Shown here piece by piece: positions 47,385-57,509 of a stretch of DNA of 64,000 nucleotides. The stretch is from NCBI GenBank assembly GCA_045863855.1, contig BTVV01000001.1, positions 96,800-160,799 of the forward strand, given 5' to 3'. Made by a program: the position numbers and the translations under genes. Under the pieces are notes generated by a model. The model did not search any database, had not been told where the DNA came from, and worked only from the letters and a program-made list of their open reading frames with translations. The DNA is from Planctomycetota bacterium (GTDB lineage: Bacteria > Planctomycetota > SZUA-567 > H5-PLA8). How positions within the stretch are numbered: the first letter of the stretch is position 1; every line of letters begins with the position of its first letter.

Positions 47385-48611
47385 ATGGCCACGGCACTCG
47401 AAGCGTACGTCTCCCAGCGTCGGCAGGGCGGGCTGGATGTGCCCACCACCGTCGAACTGCTACGGCGCTATGCCTACCTCGAGCGCGCCGCGATTCCGGC
47501 GCTGGCCGGCTGGTTCCTCGCCGCGCCGAAGTACGAGGACAAGATCAAACTGGGTTATTTGGTATGGGGCCATGCCGAACGCGCCGACACGATGCGCAAG
47601 CGCCTGAAAGAACTGCGCGGCGGGCATCGCGATGCGAGTCTCGAACCGGCCTTGCAGCGTGTGGGCGCGGCGCTGGCGCATGCGCCGGACGAGCACGCGT
47701 TCGTCGCGGGCCTGGAAGCGTTGACGAAGCACCTCGCCGAAGCGTACCGCACGCACCTGACCGTAAGCGACGCCGCGGCCAACGCCATGGAACGGCGCAT
47801 CCTGCGCACCGCGCTGAGCGAGTTGGAGTCCGACCGCGTTTGGCTCGCCGAGTACGTCGCGCATCTAGACGAAGTGCGCGGCGCTCAAGCACGGCGCTGG
47901 GTCGACCACTTGGAAGGCCTGCTGGCGATGGCGGGCGGGGTCAGCGGCATGGAGCGCCGCGCGCTGGAAGCGCCCGCGCGTCCCGACGCGGCGCTCTTCG
48001 AGCGTCCGCAAACGCTCGTCTTCGATCACCGCATCCAGCGCGGGGAATTCGAAAGCTTCTCGAAACGCCTGGAATTGGGCTTCGAAGTCACGCGCGTCGC
48101 CGAACTGGAAATCTTCTTTAACGAGTTTTACGCCGCGGCGCTGCTGGCGAGCATTCTCTTCGATGCCTGGAACGCCGACGCGCCGTGGGAGTTCTTCCAC
48201 GATATGGCGCACCACTTCTGGGACGAGGTGCGGCATGCCGAGTTCGGCTTGATCCGCTTGCGCGAGTTGGGCGTCGAGCCCAAGCGCGTGAACTTGGTGC
48301 TCTTCGACCAGGCGCAATCGATGCCTTTCCTGCACCGGCTCTGCTTCCTGACGCTCGACCTGGAAGTCTTCTACATGCCGCGCAAGCAACCGCGCGTGAA
48401 GCGTTACGGCGAGGCCGGCGACTACCGCACGCAGATCTTTGCCGATGTGGACTGGTCCGACGAAGGCAACCACGTGCGCTACGGGAAGAAGTGGGTCACC
48501 CATTTCCTTGAGGACGACGGGCGAGAGATCGCCGACTTGCAGGCCGAGATTAAAGAGCACCTGAAGCCGCTGTACGCGAATTTGCCCGCGGGGCAGATGT
48601 CGCCCTTCTAA
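47385..48611 (+). CDS. Ferritin-like/DUF455-type diiron protein, two helical domains
   Basis: SD GGAGG; FWDEVRH and SDEGNHVRYG ExxH motifs. Confidence 0.75.
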   Translation: MATALEAYVSQRRQGGLDVPTTVELLRRYAYLERAAIPALAGWFLAAPKYEDKIKLGYLVWGHAERADTMRKRLKELRGGHRDASLEPALQRVGAALAHAPDEHAFVAGLEALTKHLAEAYRTHLTVSDAAANAMERRILRTALSELESDRVWLAEYVAHLDEVRGAQARRWVDHLEGLLAMAGGVSGMERRALEAPARPDAALFERPQTLVFDHRIQRGEFESFSKRLELGFEVTRVAELEIFFNEFYAAALLASILFDAWNADAPWEFFHDMAHHFWDEVRHAEFGLIRLRELGVEPKRVNLVLFDQAQSMPFLHRLCFLTLDLEVFYMPRKQPRVKRYGEAGDYRTQIFADVDWSDEGNHVRYGKKWVTHFLEDDGREIADLQAEIKEHLKPLYANLPAGQMSPF

Positions 48612-48635
48612 GCGCGGCACCGCATGCAGGGCGCA

Positions 48636-49070
48636 TCAGGAGCGCTCGCACGAACCGTCCTCGCACTCGGCGTTCGCACGCCCATTCAGCAGGGTCTCCA
48701 GCGTCTGCTGCTTCGACCAGCCTAACCAGTGCGAAAGGCGATGGCGGTGCGAGGAGAGAAACTTGAAGGCCGCGCGAGCCAGCGGGCGCAGTTCCGGCTC
48801 CGCCAGCCGCGCGGACCATTCGCGGTACTCTTTAAGCGCGTAAAGGCACATCAGCCAGGCGGCATCGCCGCGGTAGACGCCGCCCTCATCGCTTACGGCA
48901 ATCAACTCTTCGGGTTCGCCGCATGCCAGCGTCGGGAAGCGCTGCTGCGCTTCGAGCGATTCGGCGGCGAGCAGTTCGAGTTCGATGAACTGCGGCTGCC
49001 GTTTGAGCCAGTTCTTGCAGCGGCGGCAGACGCCGCAACGGTAATCGTAGAGGACGGTGAGCTTGCGCAT
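48636..49070 (-). CDS. DCC1/DUF393 thiol-disulfide oxidoreductase family
   Basis: VLYDYRCGVC; SD AGGAGG. Confidence 0.88.
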   Translation of the reverse strand: MRKLTVLYDYRCGVCRRCKNWLKRQPQFIELELLAAESLEAQQRFPTLACGEPEELIAVSDEGGVYRGDAAWLMCLYALKEYREWSARLAEPELRPLARAAFKFLSSHRHRLSHWLGWSKQQTLETLLNGRANAECEDGSCERS

Positions 49071-49229
49071 GGCGAGTCCTCCTGTAACGGTGCGGTTCGA
49101 TGCCCGTTGCGGAGAGGGCTTCGCTTCGTTCGGCGGAACCGCTCGCCAGCTCGATCCGCCGCCATCCGCTCGGCCCTCCCCGCGCCCGCCGCACGGAAAC
49201 GCTCCGCGCGCGCGGGCTGCCTGCTCGGC

Positions 49230-49640
49230 CTATTCGAGCCATGAACTCACGGCCACCTGACCGCTTGGAGCAACCGGCGGCGGCTGCCGGTGCAACAGTC
49301 CGCGCCGGCGCATCCGGGCGAAGACGAACATGTTGAAGAAGTGCATCACGCCCAGAACCAGGAGCACCAAGCCGATCTTGGTGCTGAAGAACTCCACGGC
49401 TTGCTGCAGGTCGTTGGGCTTGTCGCCGTACTTCAACGCCAGCGTCACGTAGCCGATGTTGATCAGATAGAATCCGACGACGAGCAGATGATTGACCGAA
49501 TCGGCCAGCGCCTCGTTGCCCAGAAAGCTGTCGACCAGGAATACGCGCCCGCTTTTATGCAGCGTGTGCGCGACCCAGATCGTGACGCCGAGGCTGACCG
49601 CCAGATAAAATCCGTACGCCCAGACCGTGTAGTTGACCAT
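49230..49640 (-). CDS. Three-TM hypothetical membrane protein
   Basis: SD AAGGAGGT; GRVFLVD...LADSVNHLLVVGFYL. Confidence 0.85.
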   Translation of the reverse strand: MVNYTVWAYGFYLAVSLGVTIWVAHTLHKSGRVFLVDSFLGNEALADSVNHLLVVGFYLINIGYVTLALKYGDKPNDLQQAVEFFSTKIGLVLLVLGVMHFFNMFVFARMRRRGLLHRQPPPVAPSGQVAVSSWLE

Positions 49641-49693
49641 GCCCCACCTCCTTTGGGTTTCCGGGACGCCGGTCCGGCGCCCTTATTTCTTGT

Positions 49694-49713
49694 ATTTCTG
49701 TCTATTCAGAAAT
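49694..49713. promoter_or_regulatory. Palindromic operator-like site
   Basis: ATTTCTG-N6-CAGAAAT upstream of the 49640 gene. Confidence 0.55.
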
Positions 49714-49802
49714 TACCGCATGCACCAGGAGAAGGCAAGGGAAATGTGCGCGGCCGGGCCGCTTCCGATTGCCGCCTCGCGCGCTGGGCTTAGGCTGAAG
49801 CC

Positions 49803-51191
49803 ATGCCGCCGAACCTGCTTTTCGTCACCTCCGACCACCAGCGTGCCGACAGCATCGGGATGCTCCAGGCCGGCCTCGAAGTCACGCCGCGGGCGAACGC
49901 GTTCGCCCGGGAGGCGGTGCGATTCGAGCGCGCGTACAGCACCTGTCCGCTCTGCGTGCCCGCGCGCACGGCGCTGGCCACGGGGCTGTATCCGACGCGC
50001 AACGGCATGGTGACCAACGACTGGAGCGGCGCGAGCGCCGGACCCCATACGCCGCTGCATCAGGTCCTGGCCGAAGCCGGTTACGCCGTCGCGCATGTAG
50101 GGATGCAGCACATTCGCGTGAATCCGCCGCTGGACGCCCGCGTGCGCTTCGAGCCGTACCTGGATCATAAGGACTACGAACGCCATCTGAAAGACCGCGG
50201 GTTGCGCGCATGGCCGCCCGATGACCTGGCCGGCTTCAGCAAGGAGCTGAGCGAACGCCAGGGCGAAGCGCGCGTAGCCGCGTCGTACTCGCACGTACGC
50301 ACGGCTCCGTCGCCGAACGCGAACGAAGACTTCAAGGACGTCTGGTTTGCCGGCCGTGCGCGGGAGGCGCTGCGTAGGCTGGCGGAAGGATCGCGGCCAT
50401 TCGCGTTGTTCGTCAACTTCTGGGCGCCGCATCCGCCGCTGTGGGTGCCGCGCGACCGCTTCGGCCTGTTTCCGCCGGAGCGAATCGATCTTCCGGCAGA
50501 CGTGGGCCTTGTCCCCCGCGGCGAACCGGCCAATCGCCGGCGGGGCGTAGCCGCTCAGTTGGGCGCGGGCGTATCGATGGCCCAATGGCGCGCCGTCTGG
50601 AGCGCGCACCTGGCCCTTACGCATCTGGCCGACGAGCAATTCGGGCGGCTGCTCGATACATTGAACGATTCGGGGCGCGGCGGCGAAACGGCGGTCGTGT
50701 ACCAATCCGACCACGGCGACCATTTGGGCCAGCGGGCGATGTATCAGAAGATGGAATGCTACGATCCGTCGATTCGCACGCCGTTGCTGATGCGCCTGCC
50801 GGGCGTCGCGGCGTGCCGCATCGCGGATCCGGTCAGCCACCTGCACGTGGTTCCGACGCTGCTCGATGTTCTAGGGCTCGAACCGCCGGGTGCGCTGGAT
50901 GCCCCAAGTCTGCTGCCGGACTGCCGCGCCGGCGCGCTGCGCGATCCGCAGCCGGTTTTCGCGCTCTACGCCGGCAATTCCATGCGCGGCGACCAGCGCC
51001 GGATGATCGTCCACGGCGGCTGGAAGTACGTCTACGACCCCGATGCCGAGCCCGAACTTTTCGATCTGGCGGCCGATCCGCTGGAGCAACGCAATCGGGC
51101 CAGCGAACCGGCTCTGACCGATCGGCAAGGCGACCTGCACGCGCGGTTGGCGGCGTGGCATTCGGAACGCGGGGATACGATAAATTTTTAA
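49803..51191 (+). CDS. Cys-type sulfatase (no signal peptide)
   Basis: SDHQRAD, CVPARTALATG (CxPxR), SDHGD, PELFDL. Confidence 0.93.
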   Translation: MPPNLLFVTSDHQRADSIGMLQAGLEVTPRANAFAREAVRFERAYSTCPLCVPARTALATGLYPTRNGMVTNDWSGASAGPHTPLHQVLAEAGYAVAHVGMQHIRVNPPLDARVRFEPYLDHKDYERHLKDRGLRAWPPDDLAGFSKELSERQGEARVAASYSHVRTAPSPNANEDFKDVWFAGRAREALRRLAEGSRPFALFVNFWAPHPPLWVPRDRFGLFPPERIDLPADVGLVPRGEPANRRRGVAAQLGAGVSMAQWRAVWSAHLALTHLADEQFGRLLDTLNDSGRGGETAVVYQSDHGDHLGQRAMYQKMECYDPSIRTPLLMRLPGVAACRIADPVSHLHVVPTLLDVLGLEPPGALDAPSLLPDCRAGALRDPQPVFALYAGNSMRGDQRRMIVHGGWKYVYDPDAEPELFDLAADPLEQRNRASEPALTDRQGDLHARLAAWHSERGDTINF

Positions 51192-51266
51192 GGCGGGGTT
51201 CACTTTTGTAGCGCTGGGAATGCGCACCAGGGCGTCCTACATGCAGCCTTCGCGAGTGAACCGATT

Positions 51267-52034
51267 ATGCGCCTCTGGATTTGGGCAACGTTAAGTATCT
51301 GCGCTTATGCAATAGGCGCGGAAGGAACGGCGCCGCCTACGCATCGCGTTCTGGTCGAGCTGTTTTCGTCCCAAGGTTGCAGTTCCTGTCCGCTCGCCGA
51401 GAAAATGCTTGGCGATTTGGGCGCGCGTGCGGACGTCGGCGCGAAGACCGTACTGCTGGCTTGGCATGTCGATTACTGGGATCGCTTGGGTTGGCCCGAC
51501 CGCTTTGCCAATAAAGCGCACACCGCTCGGCAGGAAGCCTACCGGCAGGCTTGGCGCTCGCGAAGCCTGATGACGCCTCAGTTCGTCGTAGCCGGCCGGC
51601 CGGCCTCGCGGCTGGTGCCGGAGATCACCGCCGAGGCCGCTCGCCCGGCGAGTCTCTCGATCGCCCTCACCGTGAAGTTGCTTAAGGACGGCCGCGTCGA
51701 AACCACGGTGGGCCTTAAGAAGCTCCACCCCGATCTGGCCTTGCCGCCGCACGTGATGGCTCGTGTGCTGCTCTTTGCAACGCGTGTTAAGACGGTCTGC
51801 AAGGCCGGTGAAAACGCGGGCAAGACGCTCGAAGAATTTTTTCCTGTTTTGAATTCTTTTTCTTCTCAAAGGGCAGACGAACTAACGCTGAAAAATGTTA
51901 CGGTGTATGCAACCGTGCCTGAAGGTGTAAAGCCAGCCGAGTTAGGCGTGGCGGTGCTGGTGGAAGATCCTCAAGGCATGGCCACGATCGAATGTACGAG
52001 TAGCCCCGTAGCCATGGAAAGTGGGGGTAAGTGA
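51267..52034 (+). CDS. DUF1223 thioredoxin-like secreted protein
   Basis: VELFSSQGCSSCP, HVDYWDRLGW, TPQFVV. Confidence 0.88.
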   Translation: MRLWIWATLSICAYAIGAEGTAPPTHRVLVELFSSQGCSSCPLAEKMLGDLGARADVGAKTVLLAWHVDYWDRLGWPDRFANKAHTARQEAYRQAWRSRSLMTPQFVVAGRPASRLVPEITAEAARPASLSIALTVKLLKDGRVETTVGLKKLHPDLALPPHVMARVLLFATRVKTVCKAGENAGKTLEEFFPVLNSFSSQRADELTLKNVTVYATVPEGVKPAELGVAVLVEDPQGMATIECTSSPVAMESGGK

Positions 52035-52267
52035 AGGGTTCGGTCTAAGAATCGGGCGCGGTGCTTTGAAGTAGCTTTAAGAGCATGGCTGGCCCGGTGA
52101 ATACGCGGGAATCGCACGGGCTGCGGTCCGGTGGGTTCCTGCCTTACGGCGCCTCGCTGCGGCGGCGCCGGGTTGCGGCGGTGCGCTGGAGCGTCCCGTC
52201 ATCGGCCCGGCGCCGCTTTTTTGTTGGCTTTCAGCACACGGGACGGGCGGATGCTGTATTCGAAGCG

Positions 52268-53764
52268 TTAGTCGTTCCCTACCGGCAATTCCACGAAGAA
52301 GACCGTTCCTGACTGGCCAGTCTCGAATCGAATCGCTCCCGAATGCTCTTCGGCGATCTGCTTGGCGATGGCCAGTCCCAGTCCGCCGCCGCCGGGCTTG
52401 GTGCTGACGAAGACTTCGAAGACCCGCTCTCGGACCTGCTCAGGGATTCCGGGGCCGGTGTCGGCAACTTCTAACATGGCCCGTCGCACTTGAGCATCCC
52501 AGCGTGTACGCACCGTGACGGTTCCGTTGCGGACGATGGCTTGCATCGCGTTGAGCACCAGATTGACGAGCAACTGGCGGATTTTGTTGGCATCGAGCGG
52601 CAGGTCGGCGGGGAGTGCGGGGTCGGCTTCAAGCTTGGCGCCGACTTTGGCGTGTTCGAGCTGGCGGTGCAGGAAATCGAGCGTCTCGGCGCAGAGCTTG
52701 TTGAGGTCGGTGGGCGCGCGCTGAGCCGGGCGGGGCCGGGCGAAGGTGAGCAGTTCTTCGACGGCCAGTTCGAGGCGGTCGATTTCACTGAGCACGATGG
52801 CGTACGCCTTGCGCGTGGCCTCGTCGGCTTGAGGCTGGCGGTCGGCGAGGACTTGGACGGTGATGCGCATGCTCGTCAGGGGGTTGCGGATCTCGTGGGC
52901 GACGGAGGCGGCCAGGCGGCCGGTGGACGCCAAGCGTTCGCTCTTGAGCAGTTCTTCCTGGCTGCGGCGCAGACTCTCGACCATGGTTTGAAACGCGGCG
53001 GCCAGTTCGGCGATTTCGGCGGGGCCGCGTTCGCGTCCGGAGTCGAGGGATTCGCTCAGCCCGCCGCTGGCCAGGCGTCCGGCGGTGACGGCGAGTCTGC
53101 GGACCGGACGGGTGATCCAGCGCGCCATGACCCATCCCAGCAGCGCCGCGAGCGCCACGCCCAGCGCACCTAAGCCGGCGATGCGCGCAAGCGCGCGGTT
53201 CTGGGCTTCCTCGACGCGAGCAAGCGGGTAGAGCACGAAGTAGCCCGGGCGGACCGTACGGCTCGGTTCGAGCGGCATCAACCGCGAGGCGTAATGGATC
53301 AGGTAAACCTGTCCGGCCAGCGGCACCTGGGTAGTGTGCAGCCGCGAGGTTGTGGCCGGATCGGACAAGCCGGGAAAGTATTTGGGTTCACGCACTGCCG
53401 AGCGCAGATCGCTGAGTAATTTGGCGTGTTCGGGGCGGCCCAGGTCGAGCGTCGTGACGGGCGGCTCGGGGTCCACTTGGACGACAATCTCGAGTCCGTC
53501 CCCTGTTTCGCCGGGTCCAACGGCACGATCTCGAAGCTCGCGCAGAAAAGCTTCGTAGGGTGGGGTCGGGTAATAAGCCACTACGGCCAGCACAAAGCGC
53601 TGCTGTTGCTCGACCCGCGCGCGCACGTCCTCAAGGATCTCGCGCGCCACAACCCACCCCAGCAGGCTCAGGAGCAAGCTAAAGAGAGCGACAAAGGGGA
53701 GCGTGATCTGCGTGGCTAGGCGCAGACCGAACCGAGCGGTTGGAACCGGCGGGTGATCGGCCAG
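52268..53764 (-). CDS. Sensor histidine kinase (2 TM, HAMP, HisKA, HATPase); probable CTG start
   Basis: AHEIRNPL, NLVLNAMQA, DTGPGI, GLGLAI. Confidence 0.9.
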   Translation of the reverse strand: MADHPPVPTARFGLRLATQITLPFVALFSLLLSLLGWVVAREILEDVRARVEQQQRFVLAVVAYYPTPPYEAFLRELRDRAVGPGETGDGLEIVVQVDPEPPVTTLDLGRPEHAKLLSDLRSAVREPKYFPGLSDPATTSRLHTTQVPLAGQVYLIHYASRLMPLEPSRTVRPGYFVLYPLARVEEAQNRALARIAGLGALGVALAALLGWVMARWITRPVRRLAVTAGRLASGGLSESLDSGRERGPAEIAELAAAFQTMVESLRRSQEELLKSERLASTGRLAASVAHEIRNPLTSMRITVQVLADRQPQADEATRKAYAIVLSEIDRLELAVEELLTFARPRPAQRAPTDLNKLCAETLDFLHRQLEHAKVGAKLEADPALPADLPLDANKIRQLLVNLVLNAMQAIVRNGTVTVRTRWDAQVRRAMLEVADTGPGIPEQVRERVFEVFVSTKPGGGGLGLAIAKQIAEEHSGAIRFETGQSGTVFFVELPVGND

Positions 53765-54109
53765 CGGCGTGACGCTCCGAGCAAGAGTGGCGTAAAAAGC
53801 TATTTTAGCACAAAGGCCGCGTCGCTCCCGTTGAATATGGGAGGTCGGAGCAGGGGTTTCGATAACACGCGAGAACCTGGAATCGGCGTGCGAGTTAATG
53901 CGTAAGCTATTTGACTTCAATGGGTTAAGGGGATGATTAAAGGCCTGGTGGGTCAAATTTTCATTGACTTTGCACGTGCAAACGGTAAGGTCGTTGCGCC
54001 AACTTAGGAAACGACTCAGATTTATCCCCGCGCGGCAATCGGCCACGTTGAGGGAGGTCCACATTGCCGGTGGGATCTGAGTTTAGGATCGAAAGGGAGG
54101 GAATGTATC

Positions 54110-54301
54110 ATGCGTAAGGTTTGGATGACGTTGGTCGTGGCGATGCTGTGCGGTTTGGGCGCGGTGGGCTGCAGCAAGCCGGCCGAAAAGACGGCACCCG
54201 CCAAGACCGAAGCGAAGACCGAGGCCAAGACGGGCGAGGCGGCGAAGACGGAGCCGGCCAAGACCGAAGCCGCCAAGACCGAAGCCGCTAAGAGCGAGTA
54301 A
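54110..54301 (+). CDS. Small lipoprotein with AKTE repeats
   Basis: SD GGGAGG; lipobox AVGC; low-complexity KTEA repeats; own terminator. Confidence 0.8.
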   Translation: MRKVWMTLVVAMLCGLGAVGCSKPAEKTAPAKTEAKTEAKTGEAAKTEPAKTEAAKTEAAKSE

Positions 54302-54328
54302 CGCTCGGCAGGCTTTGATGTTGCAAGC

Positions 54329-54367
54329 AGGGAGGAAGCCCTCCAAGGGCTTCCTCCCTCTTTTTTT
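54329..54367 (+). terminator. Intrinsic terminator
   Basis: AGGGAGGAAGCCCT-CCA-AGGGCTTCCTCCCT, then C and T7. Confidence 0.9.
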
Positions 54368-54488
54368 GTGCGCTTACCCCATTATGATGCTTTCGAGGCG
54401 TCTTAATTTCGAGTTCGTTCGGACGCGCTTCGAACTTGAAGTGCCGTAAGCCGTTAGCGAGCACCGTGGGGAGCACGCAGGCCGGTTC

Positions 54489-57400
54489 ATGTCCAGCGCA
54501 ACCACTTCGGCAGCCCCCTGCGACGAACCTGAAGCGACGGGTCCGGCGGAAGCCGCGCCGTCGTTAAAATCGCGAGCTTGGCAGATGCTGGTGCGGTTGG
54601 GCGGGCGGCTGGCGGAACTGTGGAGTCCGCTCAGCGGCTGGTACCTCGCCGCGCTGGCGGCGTGCGGTATGGCTGGCGTCAACGGCCTGCTGTTGGGCTA
54701 CCGCGTCGTCGAGCATTCGACGATCGGAAAGTTCATTCAGAGCGATGACATCCCCCTGCTGCATTTCGTGGAGACGCATTACGCGAAGCTGTATTGGACG
54801 CAGGCCGGTTGCGCGGGCTTCCTGCTGCTGGCGTTGCTGGCGGGTTACCGCACGGTGCGCAGCGCGTGGACGGGGTGGGCGTGGGCGGGACTGACCTTCT
54901 TCGGCGCGGGATTGGCTTCCTACGCTCAGCGTTTCGTGAAGCCCGAAAGCGGCCCGGTGACACTGCATGCGCCGAATGCGCTGGATTGGCTTTGGGTGGC
55001 GGCGCTGGGAGTTGCGGCGAGTTGCGGCGCGACAGCGCTGGCGCGAAGGCTGCGCGGAGTGGCTCAGCCGGAACCGGCGGTGCTCGCGCGCGGGCGTTGG
55101 ATTCCGGCTCGCGTGGCGGTGCTGTACCTGTTGGGCTGCATCGCGGTGCTGACGTATGCGCTCATGGATCATTTGAGCTTCTGGTCCAGCGCGAAGAACG
55201 GCGGCTACAATTACCGGCAGTTCTTCGAACCCGGCGAGCTGGGCTACGCCAATCTGGTCCTGTATTCGACCTCCTGGCTTTTCGCGTCGCTGGCGGCCCT
55301 GAGCGCCGCGGCGGGCGTGGCACTTTTTTGGTTCGCCGAACAGCTTCTGCGTGAGCCCGACGGGAGCGAAGGGCTGCGCGCGGCGCTGCTGGGCACGGTC
55401 TGGTCCGGTGCGACGATGCTGCCGTGGCTGGCCAAGATGCTGCCCGAAATTCGCGGCGAAGGCGCGTGGATTCTCCCGGTCGGACTGTGCGGCGCGACCT
55501 TCGCGGCGGTGGTGCCGCTATTGGCGGTCAGCTTGGTGACGCTGCGGCTGGACTTGGACGGCGCGGCGGCCGAGCATCCGGCTTCGAAGGTGCGCGCGGC
55601 GGGCGGCGACCGGGCGCTGGCGGCTTTCGTGCTCTTTCCTTTCTATCCTCTTATAAGGATGGCGCGCCCGCCCCGGACATGGCGGCCGTGGGCGTCGCTG
55701 GTGGCGCTCTTGCTTGTCTGCGGTCTGGCGGTGGCGGGCTTGACGTGGGGCATCGATTGGGCCGACCGCAACTACGATCTGGACGATTGGCGCAAGATGC
55801 TCAAGTCGGGACTCTTTCCGTGCCTGCGCGTGCTGGCGGCGCTTGCTTGCGCCGCTTGGGTTTACTTGGCGTTCAGGCGGCTGGTGGAACCTTGGTTCCG
55901 CGCCGAGCCGGACGAACCGGCGGCGAAGTGGCCGAATCGCATTCGCTATGCCGCGGTGGCACTGGCGTGCGCGGGCATTCTGGGCGCCTCGTGGCCGTTC
56001 TGGGGCTGGCAACGCGTCCCGCAGAATGTCTTCGCGCGGCTCGCGGAGTTCAGCAAGCGCCACGAATTCGAACTGGGCTTCCTGCACTGGATGGGCGATT
56101 TCGACGGCGACGGGTACGCGGCGTGGCTGAACGGCGCCGACCTGGACGAACGCAATCCCGCCGTGCAGGCCGGCGGGTTGTTCAAGCCGGTGGCCGTGCC
56201 GCTGATTCCGGACGTGATTGAGGTGGTGGAGCCCGAGAAGTCGGTGCGCTTTCCCAGCGTGGTGGTGCTGTGGCTGGAAGGCGTCGCGCCGCGGCTGCTG
56301 AGTTGTTACGGTCAGCGCAAACTTCCCGAAGGCGTCTCGGCGACGCCGCACATGGATGCGCTGGCTGCCGACGGTACGCGCTTCGCGCACGCGCGCTGCG
56401 TGTACCCCAGCACCTGGGACGGCTGGTACATGACGCAGGCCGGGCGCTTCTTGCGCGTGCTGGAAATGGACAACTCGAAACCCTTCGGCGAGACCTACGC
56501 GCGGCACAACAATCTGCTCAAGATCTTTAAACTCGCCGGCGTCACGCGCTACGCCCACGCGGATACGGTTCCGTTCGTGGATCTCTTCGTGCCCGAGCGC
56601 TACCGCGAGGAAAACTTCGAGAAGGATCTGAATTCGGAGCCGGATTCGAAGCTGGAGATCACCCGGGGCGACAAGCGCACGGACCGGCTGGTGCGGTTCA
56701 TCGAGTCGCTGGAGCCGGGCGAGAAATTCTTCCTGTGCGAACACATGACGGACACGCACTTTCCGTGGAAGCGCACGAGCCTGAAGCGCGCGCAGGAATT
56801 GGGCTTTCCGGACGGCCTGGAGTTTTGCGAGGCCGACGCGATCGTGGACGGCGTGAAGAACGACAAGTTCGCACGGCATTGCCAGACGGTCACACGCATG
56901 GACGGTCAGATCGGGCGGATCGTGAAGGCCCTGAAGGACCGCGGACTGTACGACGAGACACTGATCCTGATCGTCAGCGATCACGGCTGCCAGTGGTTCG
57001 AACACGAACACATGTATTACGTGAGCCACCTCTACGAGCAATGCCTGCGGATCCCGATGATCCTGAAAGTGCCCGGGATGCCGCGCGGCTTGGTCTGCGA
57101 GACGCCGGTTCTGCAGACCGATATCATCCCGACGATGCTGGAACTGGCCGGGATGCGCATCGCCCCGCCGGCGAAGCCGCTGGACGGGTTGAGCCTCGTT
57201 CCGTTCCTGCGCGGCGTTTCGGAGGTGGATGAGGCGCCGTATCGCAAACGCAACCTGATCCTGACGACGCATTACGATACGCTGGGTGTGGTTCGAGCGT
57301 TTCGCGACAAATTGATCTTCGACCGCCCTACGGGCACGTACTGCATCTTCGACATCGAGTCCGATCCCATGGAGAAGCACAACCTCGTGGACACACGACC

Positions 57401-57509
57401 GGAATTGAAAGACGAGTTGCTGGAGCTTTTGCGCGAGATGCAAAAGAAGCATCCCGAGTTCCTGGGCGGCATCGCCGATCCGCCGGGCGTGCTGGCGGCG
57501 CATCCATGA
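54489..57509 (+). CDS. Polytopic membrane protein with C-terminal alkaline-phosphatase-superfamily (LtaS/sulfatase-like) domain
   Basis: About 11 TMs; LWLEG, YPSTW, DTHFP, VSDHG. Confidence 0.85.
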   Translation: MSSATTSAAPCDEPEATGPAEAAPSLKSRAWQMLVRLGGRLAELWSPLSGWYLAALAACGMAGVNGLLLGYRVVEHSTIGKFIQSDDIPLLHFVETHYAKLYWTQAGCAGFLLLALLAGYRTVRSAWTGWAWAGLTFFGAGLASYAQRFVKPESGPVTLHAPNALDWLWVAALGVAASCGATALARRLRGVAQPEPAVLARGRWIPARVAVLYLLGCIAVLTYALMDHLSFWSSAKNGGYNYRQFFEPGELGYANLVLYSTSWLFASLAALSAAAGVALFWFAEQLLREPDGSEGLRAALLGTVWSGATMLPWLAKMLPEIRGEGAWILPVGLCGATFAAVVPLLAVSLVTLRLDLDGAAAEHPASKVRAAGGDRALAAFVLFPFYPLIRMARPPRTWRPWASLVALLLVCGLAVAGLTWGIDWADRNYDLDDWRKMLKSGLFPCLRVLAALACAAWVYLAFRRLVEPWFRAEPDEPAAKWPNRIRYAAVALACAGILGASWPFWGWQRVPQNVFARLAEFSKRHEFELGFLHWMGDFDGDGYAAWLNGADLDERNPAVQAGGLFKPVAVPLIPDVIEVVEPEKSVRFPSVVVLWLEGVAPRLLSCYGQRKLPEGVSATPHMDALAADGTRFAHARCVYPSTWDGWYMTQAGRFLRVLEMDNSKPFGETYARHNNLLKIFKLAGVTRYAHADTVPFVDLFVPERYREENFEKDLNSEPDSKLEITRGDKRTDRLVRFIESLEPGEKFFLCEHMTDTHFPWKRTSLKRAQELGFPDGLEFCEADAIVDGVKNDKFARHCQTVTRMDGQIGRIVKALKDRGLYDETLILIVSDHGCQWFEHEHMYYVSHLYEQCLRIPMILKVPGMPRGLVCETPVLQTDIIPTMLELAGMRIAPPAKPLDGLSLVPFLRGVSEVDEAPYRKRNLILTTHYDTLGVVRAFRDKLIFDRPTGTYCIFDIESDPMEKHNLVDTRPELKDELLELLREMQKKHPEFLGGIADPPGVLAAHP

